The notes beneath the pieces are model-generated. The model saw nothing but the letters and a program-made list of their open reading frames with translations, was not told the DNA's origin and ran no database searches. DNA of 64,000 nt, taken from assembly GCA_965116495.1 (NCBI GenBank), contig OZ220696.1, positions 256,001-320,000 on the forward strand, given 5' to 3'. The position numbers were made by a program, and so were the translations under genes. Shown here piece by piece: positions 29,806-38,883 of this stretch (its first letter is position 1; the number at the start of each line of letters is the position of its first letter). Source of the stretch: Gammaproteobacteria bacterium (GTDB lineage: Bacteria; Pseudomonadota; Gammaproteobacteria; Eutrophobiales; Eutrophobiaceae).

Positions 29806-31776
29806 GTGGATAATATGGAACATATCTATCTTGCGATCGTGCTGGCGCCACTAGCCGGAGCGATAATCGCCGGCCTGGCAGGTCACCTTATCGGCAGGAG
29901 TGGTGCACACTGGGTGACCATAATCGGAGTCGGTATTTCCACGGTGTTATCCCTGGTTGCTTACAAACACCTCATGTTTGACGGTGGTGAGGTCTATAAC
30001 GCCGGGATATATACCTGGCTGACGCTCGGCGAACTGGAATTCACGGTGGGATTCCTGGTGGACCAGTTATCCGTGACCATGATGGTGGTAGTGACTTTCG
30101 TTTCCTGGATGATTCATATTTATACCATCGGCTATATGCACGACGACCCGGGATACCAGCGATTTTTCAGTTACATCTCGCTGTTTACCTTCGCCATGCT
30201 GGTGCTGGTGATGTCGAACAATTTCGTCCAGTTGTTTTTCGGCTGGGAAGCGGTCGGGTTGGTGTCCTACCTGTTGATCGGTTTCTGGTTTAAACGTGAA
30301 TCAGCCATTTTTGCCGGCCTGAAAGCATTTATCGTCAACCGGGTGGGCGATTTCGGCTTCCTGACCGGTATTGCTGCGGTCCTGATGTATTTCAATTCTC
30401 TGGATTATGTGCAGGTATTCGACCAGGCCGGGGCGCACGTGGAGTCGACAATTTCCCTTATCCCCGGGCTTGAATGGTCCGCACTGACCTTTATCTGTAT
30501 CTGCCTGTTTATCGGCGCAATGGGAAAATCCGCACAGGTTCCCCTGCATGTCTGGCTGCCTGATTCCATGGAGGGTCCAACGCCTATTTCTGCGTTAATT
30601 CACGCAGCCACGATGGTGACGGCGGGCATTTTCATGGTGGCGCGTATGTCGCCCCTGTATGAGTTGTCCGAGGTCGCCCTCAGCCTGATCTTGCTGGTTG
30701 GCGCGCTGACGGCTTTTTTCATGGGCCTGCTGGGACTGGTCCAGCATGACATCAAACGGGTGGTTGCCTATTCAACCCTATCCCAATTAGGGTATATGAC
30801 CGTGGCGCTGGGCGCGTCCGCCTACTCTGTCGCGATCTTTCACCTGGTGACGCACGCTTTTTTCAAGGCCTTGCTGTTCCTGGCCGCAGGATCCGTGATC
30901 ATTGCGCTGCACCATGAGCAGGACATGCGCAAGATGGGGGGGCTGTACCGTTATATGCCGGTAACATGGTTTACCGCGCTGGTTGGTTCTCTTGCACTGG
31001 TCGGTTTCCCGCCGACGTCCGGGTTTTTCTCGAAGGATGCCATTATCGAGGCGGTCCATTACTCACAACTCCCGGGCGCCGGTATCGCCTACGCGGCCGT
31101 GTTGTCCGGCGTTTTCATTACGGCGCTGTATACATTCCGGTTATTTTTTCTGACCTTCCATGGCGAGGAACGGATGGACCGGCATACCTGGGAACATCTG
31201 AAAGAATCGTCGGGAGTCGTTACCGTACCACTGTTCATCCTCGCAATACCTTCTCTTGTCATCGGCGCTTTCCTGGTCGGGCCCATGGTGCTGGGTGATT
31301 ATTATGTGGACGCGATCCGCGTGTCCGCGGAGCATGCCGGCGGCCTGCAGGAAATAGCTGCACATTATTCCGGCGCGTTAGATTTTGTGGTGAATTCGTA
31401 CAAGCATGCCCCCGTCTGGCTGGCCTTGTCAGGGATATTTGTTGCCTGGTTGTGTTATATCAGGTTCCCGCATTGGCCGGGTAAGATTGCCGGCCTGTTT
31501 GCCGTACCATACCGGCTGCTTGTCAGAAAATATTATTTTGATGAAGTCTACCAGGCTGTTTTTGCCGATGGCGCCCGTAATGCCGGCAATTCGCTCTGGC
31601 AATGGGGCGACGTACGTATAATCGACGACTTCCTGGTTAACGGAACAGCCCGGATGGTACGCCGGTTTTCGGCTTTAATAAGAAGGCTGCAAACCGGTTA
31701 TCTGTACCACTATGCCTTCGCCATGATTATCGGCCTGTTATTACTGCTGGCTGTGTTCGTCCACCAGTTAGTCTAA
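29806..31776 (+). CDS. nuoL: NADH-quinone oxidoreductase subunit L
   Basis: GWEAVG, GKSAQVPLHVWLPDSMEGPTP, HAFFKALLF. Confidence 0.98.
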   Translation: MDNMEHIYLAIVLAPLAGAIIAGLAGHLIGRSGAHWVTIIGVGISTVLSLVAYKHLMFDGGEVYNAGIYTWLTLGELEFTVGFLVDQLSVTMMVVVTFVSWMIHIYTIGYMHDDPGYQRFFSYISLFTFAMLVLVMSNNFVQLFFGWEAVGLVSYLLIGFWFKRESAIFAGLKAFIVNRVGDFGFLTGIAAVLMYFNSLDYVQVFDQAGAHVESTISLIPGLEWSALTFICICLFIGAMGKSAQVPLHVWLPDSMEGPTPISALIHAATMVTAGIFMVARMSPLYELSEVALSLILLVGALTAFFMGLLGLVQHDIKRVVAYSTLSQLGYMTVALGASAYSVAIFHLVTHAFFKALLFLAAGSVIIALHHEQDMRKMGGLYRYMPVTWFTALVGSLALVGFPPTSGFFSKDAIIEAVHYSQLPGAGIAYAAVLSGVFITALYTFRLFFLTFHGEERMDRHTWEHLKESSGVVTVPLFILAIPSLVIGAFLVGPMVLGDYYVDAIRVSAEHAGGLQEIAAHYSGALDFVVNSYKHAPVWLALSGIFVAWLCYIRFPHWPGKIAGLFAVPYRLLVRKYYFDEVYQAVFADGARNAGNSLWQWGDVRIIDDFLVNGTARMVRRFSALIRRLQTGYLYHYAFAMIIGLLLLLAVFVHQLV

Positions 31777-32164
31777 GTCCGGATATTGCGCCAGTCCGCT
31801 TGGAGGAAGACTATAATTTTCTTACAATCAAGTAGTTACATGACAAATTCTAACTTTTATGCCGTTCTAAACTGCGCTGGATGCGCCCTCGCTTGTCTTT
31901 TTGGCGCTGACGGGCACGTGCTCATTGCGCCCATCCCTGGACGCAACCCTTCGGGCGGCTATCGCCGTGCAAATCGGCTGTCCTGCCGATTTGTCCCTCA
32001 ACCAGACAAATCTGCCCGGAGCAGATTTGGACGTCCAAAGGACGCCCGCAGGGGGCGCCCCACGGATGGGGCGCATCAATCCCAGCTATGGTCTCGGTCG
32101 CAGGCGCCCGTCAGCGCCAAAAATCCTGCGCGATCATCGCATCCACTGGCGCAATATCCGGGCT
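31776..32164. mobile_element. About 390-bp composite MITE-like element between nuoL and nuoM
   Basis: Terminal arms AG(T/C)CCGGATATTGCGCCAGT (31776-31795 / 32145-32164, 1 mismatch in 20); inner TTTGGCGCTGACGGGC / GCCCGTCAGCGCCAAA pair; core hairpins; no transposase. Confidence 0.8.
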
Positions 32165-32171
32165 AGCCCTC

Positions 32172-33689
32172 ATGTTCCAGGTCCTGCCGCTGTTGAGTTT
32201 ATTGGTTTGGGTGCCCATACTGGGTGGCCTGTTTATCCTGTTCGCCGGAGACCGGCAGCGGGAATCGGTCAAATTATTTTCATTGCTCGTGTCCCTGTTC
32301 GCCTTTGCGCTGTCGGCCCTGTTATACATACGCTTCGACACCTCAGCTGTCCTGATGCAGTTTGTTGAATACACCGAGTGGATAGACACGTTCAATATCA
32401 ATTACCACCTGGGTGTCGACGGCATCAGCGTGCCCCTGATCCTGTTGACGACGTTTACTACGGTCCTGGTCATCATCGCCGGCTGGGTGGTCATAGACAC
32501 CCGGTTGTCCCAATACATGGCGTCGTTTCTTATCCTCGAAGGGTTGATGAACGGGGTGTTTGTATCCCTGGATGCAATCCTGTTTTATTTTTTCTGGGAA
32601 GCCATGCTGATACCCATGTTTTTGATCATCGGCGTGTGGGGCGGACCGAGGCGCGTCTATGCCACGATAAAGTTTTTTCTGTACACCTTCCTGGGTTCGG
32701 TTTTCATGCTGGTAGCCTTGCTGTACCTGTATTCGAAAATGGGAAGTTTCTATATCTTTGACCTGTACAAGCTGCCGTTGTCTCTCGCTGCACAGAAATG
32801 GATATTTATCGCGTTCCTGCTCGCTTTTGCCGTGAAGATACCCATGTGGCCGGTGCATACCTGGTTGCCGGACGCACATGTAGAGGCGCCCACAGGCGGT
32901 TCCGTGATCCTGGCCGCGATAATGTTGAAGATGGGAGGATACGGGTTCATCCGTTTCAGTCTGCCCATTGTTCCGGATGCCGCTGCGGCGCTGGCGAACT
33001 TCATGATCGTCCTGTCATTGATTGCGATTGTCTATATCGGCTTTGTCGCACTGGCACAGAAAGACATGAAAAAACTGATTGCCTATTCGTCCGTTTCCCA
33101 CATGGGGTTTGTCACGCTGGGTTTATTCATCGTATTTTCCATCATGGATCAGGCCGGGCCAAACACCGATGCGGTAATGGGATTGGCAGGCGCAATGATG
33201 CAGATGGTCTCACACGGCCTTATCTCAGCCGCCCTGTTCCTGTGCGTAGGTGTCATGTATGACCGGGTGCACAGCCGGCAGATTTCCGATTACGGCGGTG
33301 TGGCGAATACCATGCCGGTGTTTGCATCGTTCATGATGTTGTTTGCCATGGCCAATGCCGGTTTGCCCGGCACCTCCGGGTTTGTCGGCGAATTCCTGGT
33401 CATCCTGAGCAGCTTCCGCGCCAATGCCTGGATTGCCGTTCTGGCTGCATCCGTATTGATCCTGGGTGCCGCCTACACGTTATGGATGTATAAACGCGTG
33501 ATTTTCGGCGACGTGGCCAATGAGAGCGTGGCCGGGTTGCAGGATGTTTCCAGGCGTGAGACCCTGCTCCTGCTCCTGTTGGCCGTCGCGGTGCTGTTGC
33601 TGGGCCTGTGGCCGGCGCCGTTGTTTGAACTCATGGATGCCACGCTCAACCACCTGGTGGAACATATCTCGCAATCCAAGCTCATATAA
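32172..33689 (+). CDS. nuoM: NADH-quinone oxidoreductase subunit M
   Basis: True start likely MFQVLPLL (32172); GVDGIS, HTWLPDAHVEAP, YSSVSHMG. Confidence 0.97.
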   Translation: MFQVLPLLSLLVWVPILGGLFILFAGDRQRESVKLFSLLVSLFAFALSALLYIRFDTSAVLMQFVEYTEWIDTFNINYHLGVDGISVPLILLTTFTTVLVIIAGWVVIDTRLSQYMASFLILEGLMNGVFVSLDAILFYFFWEAMLIPMFLIIGVWGGPRRVYATIKFFLYTFLGSVFMLVALLYLYSKMGSFYIFDLYKLPLSLAAQKWIFIAFLLAFAVKIPMWPVHTWLPDAHVEAPTGGSVILAAIMLKMGGYGFIRFSLPIVPDAAAALANFMIVLSLIAIVYIGFVALAQKDMKKLIAYSSVSHMGFVTLGLFIVFSIMDQAGPNTDAVMGLAGAMMQMVSHGLISAALFLCVGVMYDRVHSRQISDYGGVANTMPVFASFMMLFAMANAGLPGTSGFVGEFLVILSSFRANAWIAVLAASVLILGAAYTLWMYKRVIFGDVANESVAGLQDVSRRETLLLLLLAVAVLLLGLWPAPLFELMDATLNHLVEHISQSKLI

Positions 33690-35140
33690 TGATGCCGATC
33701 ACAACTGAAATCATCTTTGTTATACCGGAACTTGCGCTGCTGGTCCTTGCGTGCTCGGTCCTGGTGTGTGATGTGTTTTCAACAAACCCGAACAAACTGA
33801 CGACCTACTGGCTGGCCCAGATATCCCTGCTGGCGGTGATATTTCTCGTGATTTACCTGGGCCCGGACGCGCGCGTTTCAGTATTTCACCATCACTTCAT
33901 CCTCGATCCGTTGAGCGTCGTACTCAAAGTGACTATCCTTGCCGCTTCCTTCGTAGTGTTTCTGTATTCATACCATTACTTCAGGGAGCGCGGGCAGTTA
34001 CAGGGCGAATATTTCATACTGGGTCTGTTTGCCGTGCTGGGGATGCTGGTCCTGGTCTCGGCGTACAGCATGTTGACCGTTTACCTCGGCCTGGAACTGA
34101 TGTCGCTGTCCTTATACGCCATGGTGGCCATGCATAAGGAATCAGGAACTGCCTCTGAAGCCGCCGTGAAATATTTTGTCTTGGGGGCCCTGGCGTCAGG
34201 TCTGCTGTTATACGGCATTTCGATTTTATACGGTATCTCGGGTACGCTGGTGTTGCCGGAAGTTGCAGATTATATCGGCTCACATGCTGATAACAGGATT
34301 GCCGGAATCTTCGGGCTGGTCTTTGTCGTTGTCGGTATCGCTTTCAAGCTGGGTGCGGTGCCTTTCCATTCCTGGTTGCCGGACGTGTATGAAGGTTCAC
34401 CGACGGCAGTTACCCTGTTCCTGGCCAGCGCGCCGAAAGTAGCCGCATTCGCAATGGCGATACGCCTGCTGATAGACGGTCTGCAGCCCCTGCACGTTGA
34501 CTGGCAGGGCATGTTGATCATCCTGTCGCTGCTGTCAATGGCAGTCGGGAATATCATCGCTATCTCCCAGACCAATATAAAACGCATGCTGGCATATTCC
34601 GCCATCGCCCACGCCGGATTCCTGATCCTGGGTATTTTACCGGGCCTGCAGCCAGGCCTGGGCATGACTTATGCAGGCGCATTGTTCTATGTAATTGCCT
34701 ACGTCATAATGAGCATGGGCGCGTTTGGTTTCATCATATTATCAGGCCGCGCGGGGCATGAGTCCGACCGGCTGGACGATTTCAAGGGTCTTGCCGTGTC
34801 CAGTCCCTGGTTTGCTTTCATCATGTTGTTGTTCATGTTCTCCCTGGCCGGCGTTCCCCCGTTCCTGGGGTTCTGGGCCAAATGGTTCGTAATCAAGGAA
34901 GTCATCGCAATCGGTCATATCTGGCTTGCGGTCCTGGCGGTGGTCTTTTCAGTGGTCGGCGCTTACTATTATCTACGTATAGTTAAACTGATGTATTTTG
35001 ATCAGCCGGAAACCATGCCGGAGATGGCTGCGAGCAGGCAAATGAGAACGGTGGTAAGCCTTAACGGCCTTGCTTTGCTGGTTCTGGGTTTTGCCCCGGG
35101 AGACCTCATACGGATCTGCACAACGGTACTGGTATTTTAA
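33689..35140 (+). CDS. nuoN: NADH-quinone oxidoreductase subunit N
   Basis: EAAVKYFVLG, FKLGAVPFH, KRMLAYS, LAGVPP. Confidence 0.97.
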   Translation: MMPITTEIIFVIPELALLVLACSVLVCDVFSTNPNKLTTYWLAQISLLAVIFLVIYLGPDARVSVFHHHFILDPLSVVLKVTILAASFVVFLYSYHYFRERGQLQGEYFILGLFAVLGMLVLVSAYSMLTVYLGLELMSLSLYAMVAMHKESGTASEAAVKYFVLGALASGLLLYGISILYGISGTLVLPEVADYIGSHADNRIAGIFGLVFVVVGIAFKLGAVPFHSWLPDVYEGSPTAVTLFLASAPKVAAFAMAIRLLIDGLQPLHVDWQGMLIILSLLSMAVGNIIAISQTNIKRMLAYSAIAHAGFLILGILPGLQPGLGMTYAGALFYVIAYVIMSMGAFGFIILSGRAGHESDRLDDFKGLAVSSPWFAFIMLLFMFSLAGVPPFLGFWAKWFVIKEVIAIGHIWLAVLAVVFSVVGAYYYLRIVKLMYFDQPETMPEMAASRQMRTVVSLNGLALLVLGFAPGDLIRICTTVLVF

Positions 35141-35155
35141 CTCCCGTTCCAGCCG

Positions 35156-35449
35156 ATGTCCGCGGGTAATCTTATCTGGTTGCTGATTATCGTTACTGTT
35201 ATCCTGGCTAACGTTCCCTGGTTTTTTGGGCGTTTTCTGCTGTTCATGAGACCGGAAAAAAAAACGGTCTGGATGTGTCTGCTTGAGTGGTTGATACTCT
35301 ATTTTCTTGCGGGATTCCTGGCTTTAGGGGTTGAGAAAAAAATGCAGGGAGAAACCCATGCCCAGGATTGGGAGTTCTACGCGGTTACGTTCTTTTTATT
35401 CATGGTCTTTGCCTTCCCCGGCTTTATCTACAGATCTTTCAGGAATTAA
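35156..35449 (+). CDS. DUF2818-like small membrane protein
   Basis: ANVPW, QDWEFYAVT, FAFPGF; position directly after nuoN is typical of this family. Confidence 0.8.
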   Translation: MSAGNLIWLLIIVTVILANVPWFFGRFLLFMRPEKKTVWMCLLEWLILYFLAGFLALGVEKKMQGETHAQDWEFYAVTFFLFMVFAFPGFIYRSFRN

Positions 35450-35679
35450 GAATTAAGAATTACGAATTACGAATGAATGTGCCGCCTGTGGCGGCTGTCT
35501 ACCTATGAGTCGTAGATTATTCGTAAGCCGGACCGAGACACATAGTGATATAACACCCCCAATTCCCAATTCCTAATTCCTAATTCCCAATTCCCAATTC
35601 CCAATTCCCAATTCCCAATTCCTAATTCGTAATTCCTAATTCCTAATTCGTAATTCCCAATTCGTAATTCCCAATTCCC
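35443..35679. repeat. Inverted pair of 7-nt tandem arrays, locus 1
   Basis: 4 x GAATTA(A/C) at 35443-35470, a ~90-bp spacer with a GCCGC/GCGGC hairpin, then 17 x AATTC(CC/CT/GT) at 35561-35679. Confidence 0.95.
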
Positions 35680-36503
35680 ACTGCAACCTGCTGCCCCATA
35701 GCCACCCATTCGGCGCCCGCGCACCAGTTAAAATTATTCGGTTCAGTAAGTACGATCACGGTCGAACCCATATTGAACCGGCCTATTTCATCTCCCTGTT
35801 TGAAGACAGTTCCCGGTTCGTAATTCCATACCCCGTGCCCTCGCCCGGCAGCCGGGGTGACCTGCCCGTGCCACACCGTTTCCATGGAACCTACGAATAT
35901 CGCGCCGATGAATATCACTGAAAACATGCAGGTTGCTGAACTGAAGGTAGTGACAACGCGCTCGTTACGGGCAAACAGGTTGTCGATTCTGCTGGTCGTT
36001 GCCGGGTTGACTGAAAACAAACGGCCGGGGATGTATGACATACTCACCAGTTCTCCATCGGCCGGGATATGTATTCGATGATAATCCCGCGGGGAGAGAT
36101 ACAGCGTGATGAAGTTGCCGTTCCGATAGCGTCCGATATATTCATCGGCGCCATCGAGCAGGTCCTCAAGTGAGTAATGTTTACCTTTGGCCTGGAATAT
36201 ACGGTTATCGTCAATCGTTCCCAGCGCGCTGATGCTTGCGTCAACGGGAGAGACCAGCCCGTCCCTTACCGGGGTTATGGGCCGGACTGCGGGTTTCAGG
36301 CTGCGCGTGAAAAAATCATTGAAGGTTTCGAATTCGTGTGCGGACGACTTCTCTGCCAGGCTCATGTCGACGTTATAGATATGGATGAATAGTCGTATCA
36401 GGGTATTTTTCCAGGGACGCCAGGAACAACGGGTTGCCTTGTACATCAACCTGGAGAGCAGGTGGTGCAGAATATTTGGGGTCAGAGTAAAAATACTCGG
36501 CAT
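35643..36503 (-). CDS. psd: Phosphatidylserine decarboxylase
   Basis: [35 protein letters not shown] self-cleavage motif; likely start ATG 36503. Confidence 0.95.
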   Translation of the reverse strand: MPSIFTLTPNILHHLLSRLMYKATRCSWRPWKNTLIRLFIHIYNVDMSLAEKSSAHEFETFNDFFTRSLKPAVRPITPVRDGLVSPVDASISALGTIDDNRIFQAKGKHYSLEDLLDGADEYIGRYRNGNFITLYLSPRDYHRIHIPADGELVSMSYIPGRLFSVNPATTSRIDNLFARNERVVTTFSSATCMFSVIFIGAIFVGSMETVWHGQVTPAAGRGHGVWNYEPGTVFKQGDEIGRFNMGSTVIVLTEPNNFNWCAGAEWVAMGQQVAVGIGNYELGITN

Positions 36504-36552
36504 AAAATCAGTGCCCCTTTTCAAAATGACTATTTATACTCTGATCCCAAAT
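36474..36552. repeat. GGGGTCAGAG...CTCTGA(T)CCC palindromic element, copy 3, overlapping the psd 5' end
   Basis: ATTTGGGGTCAGAGTA ... TACTCTGATCCCAAAT, 16-bp arms with 1 mismatch. Confidence 0.85.
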
Positions 36553-36594
36553 TTCTTAGGTCAGTTTCCACATGTCCGGACTGGGAAACGGTGG

Positions 36595-37224
36595 CTAACT
36601 CTCAATGAAATGACGGATCCGGTTAAACCTGTCAGTGATGCTGCGGTTGTCGTGAGGAGTGGAAAATATCGCCACCAGCCGGCCCCGGGGATCAATCAAA
36701 AATAATGACGAGCCGTGGTCCACGAGGTAGTTTTCCTGCCTGTCCGTTTTATCCGGAAAATAGGGGAGGCCAATCTGGCCCGTCAGACTTGCGATCTGTT
36801 CGACCGAACCCCCGAGGCCGATAAATTCCGGATTGAAAGAGGTGACGTATTTATCCAGGCGCGCCGGTGTATCCCGTTCCGGGTCAACCGAAATGAATAC
36901 GGTTTGTACGTGCTGTGCCTGCGCCAGTTGCTCGTGCACCTTGTCCATGGCTGCCAGCGTGACCGGACATATATCGGGGCAGTGCGTGAAACCGAAGAAC
37001 AGGAACGACCATTTTCCGTGCAGATCAGCCAGAGTGAAGGGTTTGCTGTCATGATCAACGGCTGTAAACGGTTTCAGGGCCTTCGGGTCCGGCCAGAGCA
37101 GCCCTGGTACTTCGGGTACCGCTTCCTGCCGCTGGTGCAGTGTGGCAAGTACACCGAGAACGGCTGCGAGCACAACAATACCCGACACCATGAGCCCCAT
37201 ATTAAGTGTCTGCCTGCTCACCAT
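36595..37224 (-). CDS. SCO1/SenC family copper chaperone
   Basis: FGFTHCPDICP, SVDPERD, VDH; N-terminal membrane anchor; start likely 37224. Confidence 0.92.
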   Translation of the reverse strand: MVSRQTLNMGLMVSGIVVLAAVLGVLATLHQRQEAVPEVPGLLWPDPKALKPFTAVDHDSKPFTLADLHGKWSFLFFGFTHCPDICPVTLAAMDKVHEQLAQAQHVQTVFISVDPERDTPARLDKYVTSFNPEFIGLGGSVEQIASLTGQIGLPYFPDKTDRQENYLVDHGSSLFLIDPRGRLVAIFSTPHDNRSITDRFNRIRHFIES

Positions 37225-37231
37225 GGACTGG

Positions 37232-38698
37232 TTATGTTGTAAATGCCGAGGCGTTGATGATGAAATGTGCTGCAACGCTGACTATATAACCCAGCAGGAT
37301 TGCCCAGGACCACTTGAAATGGGCAAAAAACGTGTACACCCCTCTGACCTGACCCATTACCGCAACACCGGCTGCTGAACCGATGGACAGCATGGACCCG
37401 CCAATACCTGCAGTCAGCGTGACCAGCAACCATTGGCCGTGATCCATGTCCGGGCGCATTTCCAGTACCGCGAACATTACCGGGATGTTATCTACCAGGG
37501 CAGATGCGAAACCGACAAAAATGTTAGCGTAGCTCGGCCCCAGGCCTTCGTAGAAAAATTCGGAAACAAGTGTCATATACCCGAGGGCGCCAAGCCCGGC
37601 TACACACAATATAATCCCGTAAAAGAACATGAGTGTGTCCCATTCGACGCGTTGGAGATTGCGGTAGATGTCATAAGATTTGCCTCCATCGCTCAACTCT
37701 CCCCCGACAGAAAGCCTGTTTTCTCCCAGGGCCATATCATCGATCGATTTGTAACGCAGTTCACTTCGTCTTTGCAGGTGATAACCGAATAATTTAAGCA
37801 GGCCGAGGCCTGTCATCATGCCTATTACCGGCGGCAGGTGCAGGAAGTTATGAAAAGATACGGCCATGGTAATGGTCAACAGGAATAAACCCATCACAAT
37901 CCAGGCGCCATACCTGAGTGATGCCTCCTCCGTAATAGCTGCAGGCCGTTCACTACTGACCGCAAAACTCATGATGCCAGCCGTCACCAGCCAGCCGGCC
38001 AGCGACGGGAAGAACAGCACAAAGAATTCCTGGAACTGGACAAGGCCTTGTTGCCAGACCATCAGGGTAGTGATATCACCGAAGGGGCTGAACGCACCGC
38101 CGGCGTTGGCGGCAACGACAATATTGATACAACCGATTGCGACAAAGCGTTTGTTACCGGCGCCGATCGTAGCAATCACCGCAGCCATCAACAGCGCTGT
38201 GGTCAGGTTGTCGATAATTGGCGACAGGACAAATGAAATCAATCCGGTGATCCAGAATAGTTGGCGGTAGGAAAATTCCTGGGCAATCAGCCAGGCGCGC
38301 AGCACGCCGAACACTCCCCGTTCATCCATGGTGTTGATATAGGTCATGGCTGCGAGCAGGAATAAAAACAATTCGACAAATTCAAGCAGGCTGTGACTTA
38401 ACACGGCTTCGATCATGTCTGCATGACCGTGCTGCGTATAGGCTATGGCCACCAGAACCCAGATTATGCCGGCCGCGACAATAGTCGGTTTTGATTTTCG
38501 TAAGTGAATACTTTCTTCGCTGACGATGAGGGAATAGGTAATGACAAATATCACCAATGCAGAGATGCCTGCCCAATGGCCGGTGAAGTCCAACGCTGCC
38601 ACCGGCTCCGTGGCAATAGCTGCGATACCCGTGGCCGGCGCAAGCAGCAACACCATGCCGGCCAACATACCTGAAATACATAAAGAAAATACGCGCAT
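37232..38698 (-). CDS. nhaD: Na+/H+ antiporter NhaD
   Basis: LRKSKP, AMTYIN, DNLTTAL, ANAGGAFSPFGDITT, DNIP, SIGSAAGV. Confidence 0.9.
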   Translation of the reverse strand: MRVFSLCISGMLAGMVLLLAPATGIAAIATEPVAALDFTGHWAGISALVIFVITYSLIVSEESIHLRKSKPTIVAAGIIWVLVAIAYTQHGHADMIEAVLSHSLLEFVELFLFLLAAMTYINTMDERGVFGVLRAWLIAQEFSYRQLFWITGLISFVLSPIIDNLTTALLMAAVIATIGAGNKRFVAIGCINIVVAANAGGAFSPFGDITTLMVWQQGLVQFQEFFVLFFPSLAGWLVTAGIMSFAVSSERPAAITEEASLRYGAWIVMGLFLLTITMAVSFHNFLHLPPVIGMMTGLGLLKLFGYHLQRRSELRYKSIDDMALGENRLSVGGELSDGGKSYDIYRNLQRVEWDTLMFFYGIILCVAGLGALGYMTLVSEFFYEGLGPSYANIFVGFASALVDNIPVMFAVLEMRPDMDHGQWLLVTLTAGIGGSMLSIGSAAGVAVMGQVRGVYTFFAHFKWSWAILLGYIVSVAAHFIINASAFTT

Positions 38699-38883
38699 AA
38701 ATGTAACCTTGTCACATAACTCTGGTTAACTGGCTAATACACAAATGAGAAGAATGGTATCATAGAGAGATTAGTAGCGTTGATAATACGAAATCAGGGA
38801 CTATAATTCTTTTTTTCACATTTCAGCTTGCTTTAACGACATTCCTATAGTGGGGTAATTTTATAATAAAACAGGGAGTTATA

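Noticed and set aside
31900-32125. Possible tRNA or tRNA remnant
   Set aside because: No cloverleaf, GTTCGA T-loop or CCA end found
31786-32368. ORFs 31786-32166 and 31901-32368, and the nuoM extension from 32088
   Set aside because: Read-through of the palindromic element; no transposase or other motifs
35443-35679. Heptamer arrays as a CRISPR array
   Set aside because: Units are 7 nt and contiguous, with no unique spacers and no cas genes
35503-35724. 73-aa ORF with ELGIGNW repeats (and the similar 42228-42500 ORF)
   Set aside because: Translation of the heptamer array; no independent coding evidence
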